Of a stretch of 64,000 nucleotides of DNA, positions 30,537 through 40,970 are shown piece by piece. The stretch's first letter is position 1; each line of letters begins with the position of its first letter. The notes beneath the pieces were generated by a model, which was not told the DNA's origin, did not search any database, and saw only the letters and a list, made by a program, of their open reading frames with translations. The stretch comes from an uncultured Gammaproteobacteria bacterium (lineage in GTDB: Bacteria > Patescibacteriota > Microgenomatia > Levybacterales > GWA1-39-11), in the NCBI GenBank assembly GCA_964504535.1, contig CAZDED010000001.1:101804-165803 (forward strand), written 5' to 3'. Position numbers and translations under genes: made by a program.

Positions 30537-31229
30537 ATGGAAAATGTAAAAAAACTACCAGCAATACTATATTTAGATAAAAATGGATTTTACTTTTATG
30601 AGGAGGGGTTTCCTAGTGTTGTAAGTCTTGCGTTCCTTGCTACATCCGTAAAAGATATGGATGTAATAAATGGCGCTTCGATTATGACTCAGGTTAAGTC
30701 ATTTATTGACCAATATAAAATACCCCCAGCGATAATAAATATCATTGTTTCACCAAATATCACATTTGAGAAGGACTTTGTAGACCTTACATCAGAGGCT
30801 TTGGAGGAAAAAACAAAAAATTTTGTTGATACGATCCCTTTCGAAAGTGTCATGAGCAAAAGGTACCCAATTGATAAAGGTGTCAAGGGCATCGGATGGA
30901 ATGAAGAACTCTATTTAGAATTAAAGATGAGTTTTGAAAAAAATTCTTTTATAGTTGACCAGGTGATACCATACCAACTTCTGGGCTCTGACCAGACCCT
31001 CATCCAGAATTTTACCCAAGAAAATGCAGCACAACTACTAAGACGAATGGATCATCTTAAGCAATTTACCATGCTAACTGTTTTAAAAGAAAAACCACAA
31101 GTAACTCAAAATGCTGATGATAAAAAGTCATCAAAACCAAAACAGAGCAAAACCAGACTGTATGTCATGGGTGGAATATTTGTGATTCTTTTCATTATTC
31201 TTGGATACATGCTTCTCAATCAAAAATAG
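30537..31229 (+). CDS. Pilus-associated protein with a C-terminal TM helix (possibly remote PilM/GspL-like)
   Basis: Lies in the pilus operon; soluble N-domain and a single C-terminal TM helix. Confidence 0.55.
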   Translation: MENVKKLPAILYLDKNGFYFYEEGFPSVVSLAFLATSVKDMDVINGASIMTQVKSFIDQYKIPPAIINIIVSPNITFEKDFVDLTSEALEEKTKNFVDTIPFESVMSKRYPIDKGVKGIGWNEELYLELKMSFEKNSFIVDQVIPYQLLGSDQTLIQNFTQENAAQLLRRMDHLKQFTMLTVLKEKPQVTQNADDKKSSKPKQSKTRLYVMGGIFVILFIILGYMLLNQK

Positions 31230-31344
31230 ATTTTGATATATTCAGGTTCAAAATACCCTACGAACAATAAATTTTCGATGTTTGCGACCAATTAAAAATT
31301 GGTGCTTGACAAGATTTTTTGGATATGATTAAGTGAATACAGAT

Positions 31345-31827
31345 ATGAAAACTGCCCAGTTGAAAAATCAAAAAGGTTTCACACTCATCGAGTTACTCGT
31401 TGTTATCGGTATACTCGCTGTTCTTCTTGCAATCACTCTTATAGCTATCAATCCAGCAAGACAATTTGCTCAAGCAAATAATACTAAAAGATCATCAGAT
31501 GTTAATGCAATATTAAATGCTGTTGGTCAATATGCTGCAGATAACCATGGATCACTTCCTGCTGGACTTACTGCTAATTGTTCTGCTGCTGCTTGCGACA
31601 TCACGGGAGTTGTCGCTGCAGGAAATATTGATTTGTGTCCAGCGCTTGTAACTTCATACCTTGCTGCTCTTCCAGTAGATCCTTTAACTAATAATGGAAC
31701 TCCAGTATCTACTTGCAATGCAACATATGTAGCAGGTTACACAATTCAAGTAAGCGCAGCTGACAATAGAGTCACCGTTACAGCTCCTGCAGCAGAACTT
31801 AGCCAAGTTATATCAGTAACCAGATAA
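31345..31827 (+). CDS. Probable major type IV pilin
   Basis: QKG|FTLIELLVVIGILAVLLAI..IAINP..Q...A.N..R..DV..I.NA, Cys pairs, LP.DP; followed by a terminator. Confidence 0.9.
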   Translation: MKTAQLKNQKGFTLIELLVVIGILAVLLAITLIAINPARQFAQANNTKRSSDVNAILNAVGQYAADNHGSLPAGLTANCSAAACDITGVVAAGNIDLCPALVTSYLAALPVDPLTNNGTPVSTCNATYVAGYTIQVSAADNRVTVTAPAAELSQVISVTR

Positions 31828-31845
31828 AATTAAATTAATCTAAAA

Positions 31846-31872
31846 TAAAACACACTGCGGTGTGTTTTTTTG
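31846..31872 (+). terminator. Intrinsic terminator after the pilin (possibly bidirectional)
   Basis: aaaacacac-tgcg-gtgtgttttttt. Confidence 0.8.
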
Positions 31873-31880
31873 TGGGTAAA

Positions 31881-32753
31881 TTAGAACCAGTGCTTCTTTT
31901 TTGATTCACGGTCAAACTCTTCAAGAAGTTCCTTTTGTTTTGATGAGAGTTTTGTTGGGATTTCAATTTCAACTCTTACATAATGATCTCCATGTTGCGA
32001 ACTATTTACATGCTTTACGCCTTTACCTTTTATTCTAATAAGAGTTCCTGGCTGAGTCCCTTGCGGAATCTTGAGTTTAACTTTTCCAACTACTGTCTCT
32101 ACCTCTTTGATACTCCCGACAGCAGCCTCCACCATCGTTAACTTGAGATCGGAAACGATATCGTATCCTTCTCTATGAAATTTACTATTTGAAGAAACTG
32201 AAATCACAATATCAAAATCTGAAAACTGTATTCTTGATCCATCATTGACTCCCGCAGGAACCTTTATGTCTTTCCTTGTCCCGTCTAATGAAACGGATTT
32301 TGTTGTTCCTTTAACTGCCTCCATAAAATCGATTCTGAGTGAGTACGAAGGTTTTCTTCTTCCGAAAGGTGTCCCTCCCCCCCCACCAAAAAATTGCTCA
32401 AAAATGTCGAAGGGGTCTGAAAAACCACCAAAATCCTGTGCGCCACCATTTGTTGAATATGAATAAGTAAATGGACCCTGTTGGCCGCCAAACCCTCCAA
32501 ATGGTCCCCCAGCACCCGATCCACGGCCACCATTTTCAAATGAAGCACTCCCGAATTGATCATATTGCTTTCTTTTTTGATCATTACCCAATATCTCGTA
32601 TGCTTGGTTTATTTCCTTAAATTTCTCTTCTGCTTCTTTTGACTTATTTTTGTCAGGATGATACTGCACCGCAAGTTTTCTATAAGCGCTTTTTAGCTCT
32701 GCAGCAGTTGCAGTCTTACTGACACCCAAAACTTTATAAAGATCATTACTCAT
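31881..32753 (-). CDS. dnaJ: DnaJ chaperone (class II, no zinc finger)
   Basis: J domain with HPD, G/F-rich region and C-terminal domain; no CxxCxGxG repeats. Confidence 0.9.
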   Translation of the reverse strand: MSNDLYKVLGVSKTATAAELKSAYRKLAVQYHPDKNKSKEAEEKFKEINQAYEILGNDQKRKQYDQFGSASFENGGRGSGAGGPFGGFGGQQGPFTYSYSTNGGAQDFGGFSDPFDIFEQFFGGGGGTPFGRRKPSYSLRIDFMEAVKGTTKSVSLDGTRKDIKVPAGVNDGSRIQFSDFDIVISVSSNSKFHREGYDIVSDLKLTMVEAAVGSIKEVETVVGKVKLKIPQGTQPGTLIRIKGKGVKHVNSSQHGDHYVRVEIEIPTKLSSKQKELLEEFDRESKKKHWF

Positions 32754-32800
32754 ATGTTGTATTTTAGCAGTTTATAGCCTCAATTGCCAGATTCAACTTA

Positions 32801-35074
32801 TCATTGTGGGGTACATTTGAGAGGACATAATTGAATCTTCTTTCCAGACGCCACGCACGTCGGATCTGGGGTACACGTATAATATTGCTCTGGCGTCGGA
32901 GTTGGAGTACCAAGAGGTTCGAATTTACCACTTCCGCCTGGAACCGTCGTTGTTGTTGGAATGAGGGTCGGGGTTGGTGTTGGGGCAATAATAGTAGGTT
33001 GTAAAACAACTGGAGTTGGTGTTGTTTGAAGAGGATTTAGGGCAATAAATAATTTCATCGTCGTTGGTGAACCACTTGGTATAGTAAATGTTCCTTGTCC
33101 AACTATAGAACCTGATACTTTAACAACCAGAGTATACCCACCAGAAGGAACAGTATGAAAAGCGAAGTTACCGCTCGTATCCGTTGTAGCACTTGAATTC
33201 AGTGCTCCAGTTGTCGTAATTTGTGCACCCGAAAATCCTGATTCTCCTGGATCAAAAGTAGAATTACTATTCGTATCAGTATATACCGTACCTATGATTT
33301 CATTTATGATTACCCCTGGAGTAGATCCACCCGGAACTGGACTTGATGTAACAGTGGGAGTAATTGATGACGTTGGATTTGGCGAAGGGTTACCGGATGT
33401 TGCACAGGTTGCAGGTTGCAAGGTTGCTCCAGAACATGTAGGACTTTTTGAAACTCCAAGTGGTTGCTGGTCGATAAGTGTTGCTTGCATTGCTCGGTTA
33501 ACATTGTCACACTCTGTTGAGGAGGCACCATATATGTCACTACAAGCTTGTAAAAAAGAGGTGTATGCGTCTTTGAAATTTGAGGTTGCTGATAAATATT
33601 TTGTTAATGCCAAATATATAATTGGGTAACTTTTAATTCTCCCAATACCGCTCACAGAACACCCGTTAAAATTTCCCCCATCTGTCATAAGATAAAAAGT
33701 TTTATTTATTATTCCGCTATTTATGTGTACTCCACCAAAATCTGCAGCAGTACAAGCAAACGATGAAAGCTTGTCAGGCTGATCTCTTAATAATGGATTA
33801 CTCATTGATCTCAGCGGTACGGGAAGACCAGATGAAGGTGGCAAATTTTCTCCTAATTCCCAATTGTTATCCATCGCACTTCCAAAAATATCAGATACTG
33901 CCTCATTAAGAGCACCTGACTCATTTGAATATATAAGCCCAGCAGTTTCACCAGTTATAGCATGTGTCAATTCGTGACCAGTTACATCAAGAACCACAAG
34001 ACCAGTACAAAAAACCATTTCACTGCCATTCCATTGAGCATTTGGACAACTGTTTCTTGGGGCTCCTCCGGTACCAATATTTGGAGGAACTCTAACATAC
34101 CCATTATAGGAAGCACCCCTATTGTCATAACTGTCTCTATTGAAGTTGAGCTTGAAATAATCATATGCCGTATAAAAATAGTTATATAGATTATCAGACT
34201 CTGTATCTCCAGAAGCAGCTGATCCTTCAGCCCTCACCTTGGGGCATGATGTAGTACCACTACAATTAAAGATGTTTCTATTTAGTAGGTCTCTTGTTTG
34301 AGACTCCGAATAAATAAGTTTTCCATCACTAAGGCTTATGACATATTCTGTCCGAAAAATTGTTGGTTTTCCTTCTGACTTTATCATGATTCTCAATGCA
34401 ATTTGATTTTTTGGATTATCTGAAATACCAAGGAGTTGCTCATTTATATAAATTTTCTTTGCTCCCTCAACCTCAAGATTTGCAGTTTTACTTTCTCCTT
34501 TTGCTATATCTAATGCAAGTTGGATAGCTTTGGATTCCTGGATATTTTGAGAAGTGACTTCTTTTGTTGAAGAAACATTCCCGCTTATGGAATATACTTC
34601 ACTTTCATTTTTAATATGAACTGCAACGGATGACTTATAAATAGGAATGCCATTTAGAGATTGGGTAAAGAAATAATGTTCATTATTGATCACTATCCCG
34701 TTTTTCTTTAGATAACTATCATCCTTGTCTTGAGCTTGACGGGTAGGATTGGCATTTTTCGAAAAACCATCCGGGAACAATGGACCTGAATTTCCAATAG
34801 ATGGATTTTTTTGAATAAACTCTTTAGCTGCATCCAATCCTTTTTTATTCGATTTATAAAGATAAGTGTTTGTCGTGTTGATGGAAAATATTGTTCTTCC
34901 GGTATCTCTTGTTATACTTGAGTAAGGCGTTATTTCTAATGCATCAGTATTCGATTTCCCATTGAGGTATGTTATCAAAAAGCTAGCAAAAAAAACTACA
35001 ATAATAATTACTAATGCTACTAGTTTTGAATGCTTTTTGATTATTTTTTTGGGGGCTCTCAAGAACTCACTCAT
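32801..35074 (-). CDS. Membrane-anchored M4 (thermolysin-family) zinc metalloprotease with a C-terminal SdrD-B-like domain and PT tail
   Basis: NAQWNG, DVTGHELTHAIT, ESGALNEAVSD and GGVHINSGI motifs; propeptide region; G.VYTDTNSN..FDPGE.G. Confidence 0.9.
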   Translation of the reverse strand: MSEFLRAPKKIIKKHSKLVALVIIIVVFFASFLITYLNGKSNTDALEITPYSSITRDTGRTIFSINTTNTYLYKSNKKGLDAAKEFIQKNPSIGNSGPLFPDGFSKNANPTRQAQDKDDSYLKKNGIVINNEHYFFTQSLNGIPIYKSSVAVHIKNESEVYSISGNVSSTKEVTSQNIQESKAIQLALDIAKGESKTANLEVEGAKKIYINEQLLGISDNPKNQIALRIMIKSEGKPTIFRTEYVISLSDGKLIYSESQTRDLLNRNIFNCSGTTSCPKVRAEGSAASGDTESDNLYNYFYTAYDYFKLNFNRDSYDNRGASYNGYVRVPPNIGTGGAPRNSCPNAQWNGSEMVFCTGLVVLDVTGHELTHAITGETAGLIYSNESGALNEAVSDIFGSAMDNNWELGENLPPSSGLPVPLRSMSNPLLRDQPDKLSSFACTAADFGGVHINSGIINKTFYLMTDGGNFNGCSVSGIGRIKSYPIIYLALTKYLSATSNFKDAYTSFLQACSDIYGASSTECDNVNRAMQATLIDQQPLGVSKSPTCSGATLQPATCATSGNPSPNPTSSITPTVTSSPVPGGSTPGVIINEIIGTVYTDTNSNSTFDPGESGFSGAQITTTGALNSSATTDTSGNFAFHTVPSGGYTLVVKVSGSIVGQGTFTIPSGSPTTMKLFIALNPLQTTPTPVVLQPTIIAPTPTPTLIPTTTTVPGGSGKFEPLGTPTPTPEQYYTCTPDPTCVASGKKIQLCPLKCTPQ

Positions 35075-35598
35075 TGTTTTTTAATTGACACCTGGGCAGT
35101 TGAATCGGTAGAGTTTTCCAGAGTTACTTCCAACCCATACTCAATGATTTTATCAGTACATTTCCCGGCAATACCCCCACAGGAATAACTTAAAATTTTT
35201 CTTATATCATCTTTTACTAAAGCGATGTCGGTTGTTGCAATACAGTCAAAACATTTCGAATCGGGTAATATTGCTCCTACATATTCTATAGTCACGCTCG
35301 TTGTAGGGACAGTGACGACCTTTCCTTTTATAAGGCTCATTTTAATCGGGGCAGTAGAGGAAGATATTGTGGGAACCGGGGTAATTACTGGAGCTTTCAC
35401 GCCCGGAGTAACCGTTGGAACCACATTGGAGTTATTGCTGTAGATAAAAAATGATCCAAAAATTATAACAAGCGTAATACATACTATGATCGCAATAAGA
35501 ATTATTTTTTTTGTATTTTTTTGACTTGTAGGACTGATCATAGCATTTTGATCAACAACAATGGGAGATTGTGATTGATCAAGTATATTATTTTCCAT
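35071..35598 (-). CDS. Single-pass membrane protein with a small Cys-containing extracellular domain
   Basis: One TM helix, PT linker, CFDC and CGGIAGKC; ATGA overlap with the protease gene. Confidence 0.7.
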   Translation of the reverse strand: MENNILDQSQSPIVVDQNAMISPTSQKNTKKIILIAIIVCITLVIIFGSFFIYSNNSNVVPTVTPGVKAPVITPVPTISSSTAPIKMSLIKGKVVTVPTTSVTIEYVGAILPDSKCFDCIATTDIALVKDDIRKILSYSCGGIAGKCTDKIIEYGLEVTLENSTDSTAQVSIKKQ

Positions 35599-35609
35599 AC
35601 AAAACTTAT

Positions 35610-38468
35610 TTACTGGATTGCAGTTGTAGGATCTTTTTGCATCTGTGTGCCATCAGATCCTAAGGTTGGCATCGGGTTTGGAGCAGTTGACCCTCCTCCT
35701 ATTCCATCAGCATTAAATGGATTGAACGGCGGAGGTGCCATAGGGTTTTGGATAGGTGTATAAGGATCTACAATCATACTGTTTGTGGGTGTTGGAACCG
35801 GTTGCGTAACACCATTTGCTGGGGGGAAACCTGGTTGTTGTTGAATTGTTGTCCCGTCTGGCGCAACTGGATTTGCCCCAGGAACAGCTGCAGGCGTTGC
35901 ACTTTTAATAAATGTGTACTCACCCTTTGCCATATCGTAATCAATTTTTACGGTATCTCCAACGACAAACTTCTGTCCAATGATTTGAATACTTATTGGA
36001 TTCTCAATGACATTTTGAATAAGTCGTCTCAATGGTCTTGCTCCATAGACTGGGTCAAAACCTTCACCACCAAGCATCTCAAGCGCTTTATCACTAACCT
36101 CTAAATTAAACCCTTGTTCCTTTAAGAGTTTGGCAGTATGACCAATATTAATTTTTGCTATCAATTTCATGTCTTGCTTTCTTAACGGTTTGAAAATAAC
36201 TACTCCATCAAATCTGTTAACAAGCTCCGGTCTAAAGAATTTTGTCAATTCATCCATAAGCTTTTTAGATAAATCTGCAAATACCTTTTGCATATGGGGA
36301 TCTTGATTTGCAACTTTTGGAACCGCAGCAACCGCTCCATTCGCACTAACAACTGAAGCTGTAGTTGTAGCTGTAACCGGTGCTGCTGTAACTGGTTGTG
36401 GCTCTACACCAGGAATTGGAATTTCAGTTGCTCCTATAGGCGCTGTTCCTGTTAGAAGGGTAGTTGTGGATACTGCCTCTGCCTTGGCGTTTGCATCTCC
36501 TTGCTGCTTTGCATTTACTAATGCTTCTTGTATAAGTCCACTTCCAATATTTGATGTTGCAATAACGATTGTATTTTTAAAAGAAATTGTATTTCCTTTG
36601 TTGTCAGTCAGTCTTCCATCCTCAAGGAGCTGAAGAAGAATATTAAACACGTCCGGATGAGCTTTTTCAACCTCATCAAGCAGTACTATTGAATAAGGCT
36701 TTGCACGCACTGCCTCAGTTAATTGACCTCCTTCTTCGTAACCCACATATCCTGGGGGCGCACCTATGAGTTTTGCAACTTCGTGCTTTTCCATATATTC
36801 AGACATATCGAGTCTGATCATCGCATCATCTTTTCCAAATAATATTTCGGCCAAAGTTTTTGCAAGCTCTGTCTTTCCAACTCCTGTTGGTCCTAAGAAA
36901 ATAAATGACGCAATAGGCCTATTGGCGCTGGCAAGACCAATTCTTCCACGCCTAACTGCTTCGGCAACAGCTGAAACCGCCTCCTCTTGATCAATAAGTC
37001 TTTTATGGATGAGGTCCTCAAGCTGTAGCAACTTTTTGCCTTCATCCTCAGTAAGTCTTGTTATAGGAATTCCTGTCCAGTCAGAAACTACTTTCTCTAT
37101 GTCTGCTCTTGATACATTCGAATCTTGCCTTTGACCCTCAGCCTTTTTTAGCTTAACCTCAGCAGCAGCTTCGTCAAGAAGGTCAATCGCCTTGTCGGGA
37201 AGGTACCGCTCTCCAACATATTTCTTAGACAATGTAACAGAAAATTTTATAGCATCAGGAGTCAGAACAACCTCATGAAACTTTTCGTATTTTTCCTTTA
37301 ATACTTCAAGCATTTTCATTGCCGTCTCCTCATTTGGTTCATCAACGATTACAGACTGAAAACGCCTCTGAAATGCCTTGTCTTTCTCAAAATACTTTCG
37401 ATATTCGGCTGTCGTTGTGGTTCCGATCAATTGTAATTGACCGCGAGCAAGATATGGTTTTATTATGTTTGAAGCATCCATGGCTCCTCCACCTTCTTCT
37501 CCTGCCCCTATCAATGTGTGGATTTCATCAATAAAGAGAAGGATCTTCCCGCCACTGACCTGAACTTCTTTTATGACATTTTTGAGTCTTTCTTCAAATT
37601 CTCCCCGGTGAGATGCTCCGGCAATAAGGGCAGCCAAATCAAGCTGGATAATCTTTTTATCTTTCAACTGATCAGGAACTGTTCCTGCAATTATTTTTTG
37701 AGCAAGTCCTTCAATAACAGCAGTCTTACCTACCCCTGCTTCTCCAATAATGATGGGGTTATTTTTTGTGCGCCTCAACAGAATATGAACAAGTCTCTCT
37801 ATTTCCTTATCGCGACCAATCACCGGATCCAATTTCCCATCTTTTGCTTCGTTGGTAAGATCAATCCCAAATTGCTCAAGAACAGATTTTTTTCCGGCTG
37901 CCTGAAAGGTAGGATTTTTAGAAAGATTTTTTTCAAGACCCTCCTTCTGTACACCTTTGGAGGAGAGGTATTGAGATGTAGTATCAGAATTAAAAAGTGA
38001 CAAAAGGATATCTTCAGGAGTTATAAAACTAGATCCTCTATTTTTAGCCATGGTAAATGCATCATCAAATATTTTTTGAGAAACAGGGGAAAGAACGGGT
38101 GGGCCTTCAAATGTTCCTGGAGTTTGTTTTTGCTGCAGCTCACGAGCCAGATCCCCTGCATTAACAGTAAACTCTTGAAGTGTCTTATATACTTCTTTGT
38201 CATAAAGAAGCCCTAGCAAAACAATATCGGGCTCAATGAGGGCTAGTTTTGCTTTTTTTGCTTCATTTTGAGCTTGTTGAAGAACTTGATTTGCCCGTGC
38301 GTCTAAATGCGTTAGACTCTCCACATTTTGTCTTTTTACGGGATCCATGCCAGCAGGCTGTATAGGACTTTCCACAACCTGTTGTGGTTGATTAGCATTT
38401 TGAGCTACTTGATCTCCAGGCCCTTCACCTTCTCCGTATTTTTTTGTACTAAATAAATTTCCAAACAT
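35610..38468 (-). CDS. ClpC/ClpB-like Hsp100 ATPase with low-complexity insertions
   Basis: Clp N domain, LDPVIGR, GEAGVGKT, FIDEIH, GPTGVGKT, GAPPGYVGYEEGG, LLDEVEKAH and GARPLRR motifs. Confidence 0.93.
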   Translation of the reverse strand: MFGNLFSTKKYGEGEGPGDQVAQNANQPQQVVESPIQPAGMDPVKRQNVESLTHLDARANQVLQQAQNEAKKAKLALIEPDIVLLGLLYDKEVYKTLQEFTVNAGDLARELQQKQTPGTFEGPPVLSPVSQKIFDDAFTMAKNRGSSFITPEDILLSLFNSDTTSQYLSSKGVQKEGLEKNLSKNPTFQAAGKKSVLEQFGIDLTNEAKDGKLDPVIGRDKEIERLVHILLRRTKNNPIIIGEAGVGKTAVIEGLAQKIIAGTVPDQLKDKKIIQLDLAALIAGASHRGEFEERLKNVIKEVQVSGGKILLFIDEIHTLIGAGEEGGGAMDASNIIKPYLARGQLQLIGTTTTAEYRKYFEKDKAFQRRFQSVIVDEPNEETAMKMLEVLKEKYEKFHEVVLTPDAIKFSVTLSKKYVGERYLPDKAIDLLDEAAAEVKLKKAEGQRQDSNVSRADIEKVVSDWTGIPITRLTEDEGKKLLQLEDLIHKRLIDQEEAVSAVAEAVRRGRIGLASANRPIASFIFLGPTGVGKTELAKTLAEILFGKDDAMIRLDMSEYMEKHEVAKLIGAPPGYVGYEEGGQLTEAVRAKPYSIVLLDEVEKAHPDVFNILLQLLEDGRLTDNKGNTISFKNTIVIATSNIGSGLIQEALVNAKQQGDANAKAEAVSTTTLLTGTAPIGATEIPIPGVEPQPVTAAPVTATTTASVVSANGAVAAVPKVANQDPHMQKVFADLSKKLMDELTKFFRPELVNRFDGVVIFKPLRKQDMKLIAKINIGHTAKLLKEQGFNLEVSDKALEMLGGEGFDPVYGARPLRRLIQNVIENPISIQIIGQKFVVGDTVKIDYDMAKGEYTFIKSATPAAVPGANPVAPDGTTIQQQPGFPPANGVTQPVPTPTNSMIVDPYTPIQNPMAPPPFNPFNADGIGGGSTAPNPMPTLGSDGTQMQKDPTTAIQ

Positions 38469-38493
38469 AGTTAATTATATGCAGATATCAACT

Positions 38494-40617
38494 CTAAACT
38501 CCAGGAGCACCTCCAGGCTGACTTCCCGGCTCATCTTTTGGCTCGTCAGTTGGCAATTCTTGTTGCATTGCCATCTCGGCATGTCCAGCCTTACTTACAT
38601 CATCAGCTCTATCAACCATTGTGTCTTCCTCTTCTTTCTTTTGATCTACGGCTGTTAATACAGACTTGGCAGCTTCCATTTTTGCCTTAAGATATGAGAT
38701 AACTTCAGTCTTTGAGAATCCACCCAAAAGTAAGAATGGCAAGATATTTGCTACCCGCTCCATTCCCCTATCAACATTATCCTGGTTCTCAGAACTGAGA
38801 AGATTGATGGTCTCAGTTATGTTTTCTACATCTTGCTGTATAAATGAATGCTTGTCTGATGGAATTCCGTTTGGTCCGACTGGAGTTTCCATATTTTGAT
38901 AATTTTCTTGCCACATTTTCTTAACATCTTCATATTCTTCTATGCTTACCTGCTGAACCTGATTCGTTTGTGGCAACTTTACATCCTTAATATTTGCGAG
39001 TGATTCTTTTTTCTGTCCTGGTAATACTGCCTTGGTTTTGTTATTTACTTCTTCAGATACTTTAGAAGCAGATAAAACGTTGTCGGCCAATTTGTCTCCT
39101 TGTTTTTGTTGAGCAACAAGCTTTTCTTTAATTGTTGTGAATTTCTCCCTATCATGTGTGGCGGTCGCAGTGGTCGGCTTTGAGATCTTTTCGAGTGTTT
39201 CATGGAACTTGTTTACCTCGGTTCTTGAAACACTATCATGCTTCATCATTGATGTCTCATATCGCGCGATGTCTCTCATCTTAGGAACAGTAAGATTTGC
39301 AAGGCGCAATACGTCACGAGTCTCCCTTACAGATTGCAGACTACTTAGTGATGCCCGCTCCAATGTACTTGTTGTTCTTGAGGCAGGAATTTCCATCGAA
39401 CGTTTGTTGAAGAATGGAATGCTCTTAGCAAGTCCAAATGGTGAAGGTTGCTGCGGTGGCTGGCCCGGGGCAGGGGACGGTCCACCATACGCCTTATTAA
39501 ACCAGGAGTTTGAGGTAATTTTTTTAACAACCGGGCTTTCTCCAATTGACATCCCGGAAAGATAATCAAGAAATATTTGGAGCAATAAGAATGGCAAGAG
39601 AATTACCACCCAAAGCATGAGAAGAGCGACAACATACAGGGCAAAGGTATCATTAACATTTACCGAATTATCCAATCCAATTTGCTGGCCAGGCCCTCCA
39701 AGCAAGATATTTATAGCGGTCTTGTACCTGACTTGATCAGGAACATTTTTTGAAAAATCAAAAAACATCGGTATCCCACTTCTCCAAACATTCACAAGAC
39801 CGTGAAGAAATAGCGCAAACAATGGAGCGTATAGTAGCCAACGGAAAAACTCTCCTATCCAAATTTTTGCTGTATTTTTGACGGGTCGGAAAAATAAAAG
39901 GAGCGGAAATATTGGAGAAACGATAATAAAAAACCACAAGATGATTTTTCTTATGATAAGAAGTCCTGTCATGACATAGTAGGTTATTGCCGTAAGTTTT
40001 ACTAAAAGAAGAGATATAAATGCGGACTCGTCATATTCTATACCGACCTTCCTAAAACCAAGGAAATCGTATTGGAACGCAATATAGAGAAGATCTCTTG
40101 AATCAATATTTCGATTTGTTCCATCTAGGGGATCTTTTATGTTGAGGAAAAATCCTTGTAAAACATCCGTCGCTTGGTACAGAAACCTGATAATAGCAAA
40201 AGACAGTACAACAAGAACTACAATAAAGATGAAACGGGGAATAAATTTCATAATTGTCAGATTTTGACCGCGGGTTATGATCATTACAAAGGCAGATCCC
40301 AAAACAAATAGAGCCAAAAGTACAAAAACGATATTTCTAACAAGTGCCCAAAATGTTTGAATAGGATTTTCACCCGTAGAAGGCAATACAATCCATTTAT
40401 AATTTTGACTTTGAAGTGTCCAATCAAGAAAATTGTTGGCTCGGGTTGCAGTTTTACCGACAAAGGTAACTTCCTGATCTTTTACCCATCCTGTTGTGAC
40501 ATCAGGGGCTGTTGTAGGAACTGCTTGTGCATGGGTGGGACGACTAAAAGAGAAAAAGCCAACAAAAAGTATTGAAAATAAAAGGACTTTGATAAATCTG
40601 GGCAGTTTGTTATGCAT
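38494..40617 (-). CDS. Multi-pass membrane protein, VirB6/TrbL-like, with a cytoplasmic C-terminal domain
   Basis: Signal peptide (THA-Q), W..VRN, and IRKIILWFFIIVSP...L.....W...F..W motifs typical of VirB6-like proteins; ATG 40617 directly follows the pilin stop. Confidence 0.6.
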   Translation of the reverse strand: MHNKLPRFIKVLLFSILFVGFFSFSRPTHAQAVPTTAPDVTTGWVKDQEVTFVGKTATRANNFLDWTLQSQNYKWIVLPSTGENPIQTFWALVRNIVFVLLALFVLGSAFVMIITRGQNLTIMKFIPRFIFIVVLVVLSFAIIRFLYQATDVLQGFFLNIKDPLDGTNRNIDSRDLLYIAFQYDFLGFRKVGIEYDESAFISLLLVKLTAITYYVMTGLLIIRKIILWFFIIVSPIFPLLLFFRPVKNTAKIWIGEFFRWLLYAPLFALFLHGLVNVWRSGIPMFFDFSKNVPDQVRYKTAINILLGGPGQQIGLDNSVNVNDTFALYVVALLMLWVVILLPFLLLQIFLDYLSGMSIGESPVVKKITSNSWFNKAYGGPSPAPGQPPQQPSPFGLAKSIPFFNKRSMEIPASRTTSTLERASLSSLQSVRETRDVLRLANLTVPKMRDIARYETSMMKHDSVSRTEVNKFHETLEKISKPTTATATHDREKFTTIKEKLVAQQKQGDKLADNVLSASKVSEEVNNKTKAVLPGQKKESLANIKDVKLPQTNQVQQVSIEEYEDVKKMWQENYQNMETPVGPNGIPSDKHSFIQQDVENITETINLLSSENQDNVDRGMERVANILPFLLLGGFSKTEVISYLKAKMEAAKSVLTAVDQKKEEEDTMVDRADDVSKAGHAEMAMQQELPTDEPKDEPGSQPGGAPGV

Positions 40618-40618
40618 A

Positions 40619-40924
40619 TCAAGAAAATCCTGGAATATGTAGAATATTCGTCGCGACAACCTGAATAAATACAAACCCAAAAATCGCAAGCAAAATCCCA
40701 ATGATGGCGTATGTTATATATGATTTACCTGTTTGAAGCTGCGCAGGATCCCCCCGAGATATAAGAATGTGGTATCCACCTATAATAAGAAAAAGTAATC
40801 CAACCAAGCCAATGAGTCCAAGCCCCCACGTATAAAATTTGCCTACAAAACCCGCAGGAGAACTAGGAAGACATCCAAAATCTGTCAGTATTTCGTTAGG
40901 CAAGCAGGTTAGAGCCATACTCAT
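40619..40924 (-). CDS. TrbC/VirB2-like pilin
   Basis: Two hydrophobic helices around IIGGYHILISRGDP..LQ.GK..IT.AIIG; N-terminal Cys pair. Start at 40924 or 40918. Confidence 0.78.
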   Translation of the reverse strand: MSMALTCLPNEILTDFGCLPSSPAGFVGKFYTWGLGLIGLVGLLFLIIGGYHILISRGDPAQLQTGKSYITYAIIGILLAIFGFVFIQVVATNILHIPGFS

Positions 40925-40970
40925 TAATACTAGCATTTTTTATGCTTGCAAGGCAATGTTTTTGGAAAAA

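Noticed and set aside
38494-40936. Conjugative element or ICE
   Set aside because: No relaxase, coupling protein, VirB4, integrase or att repeats in the window.
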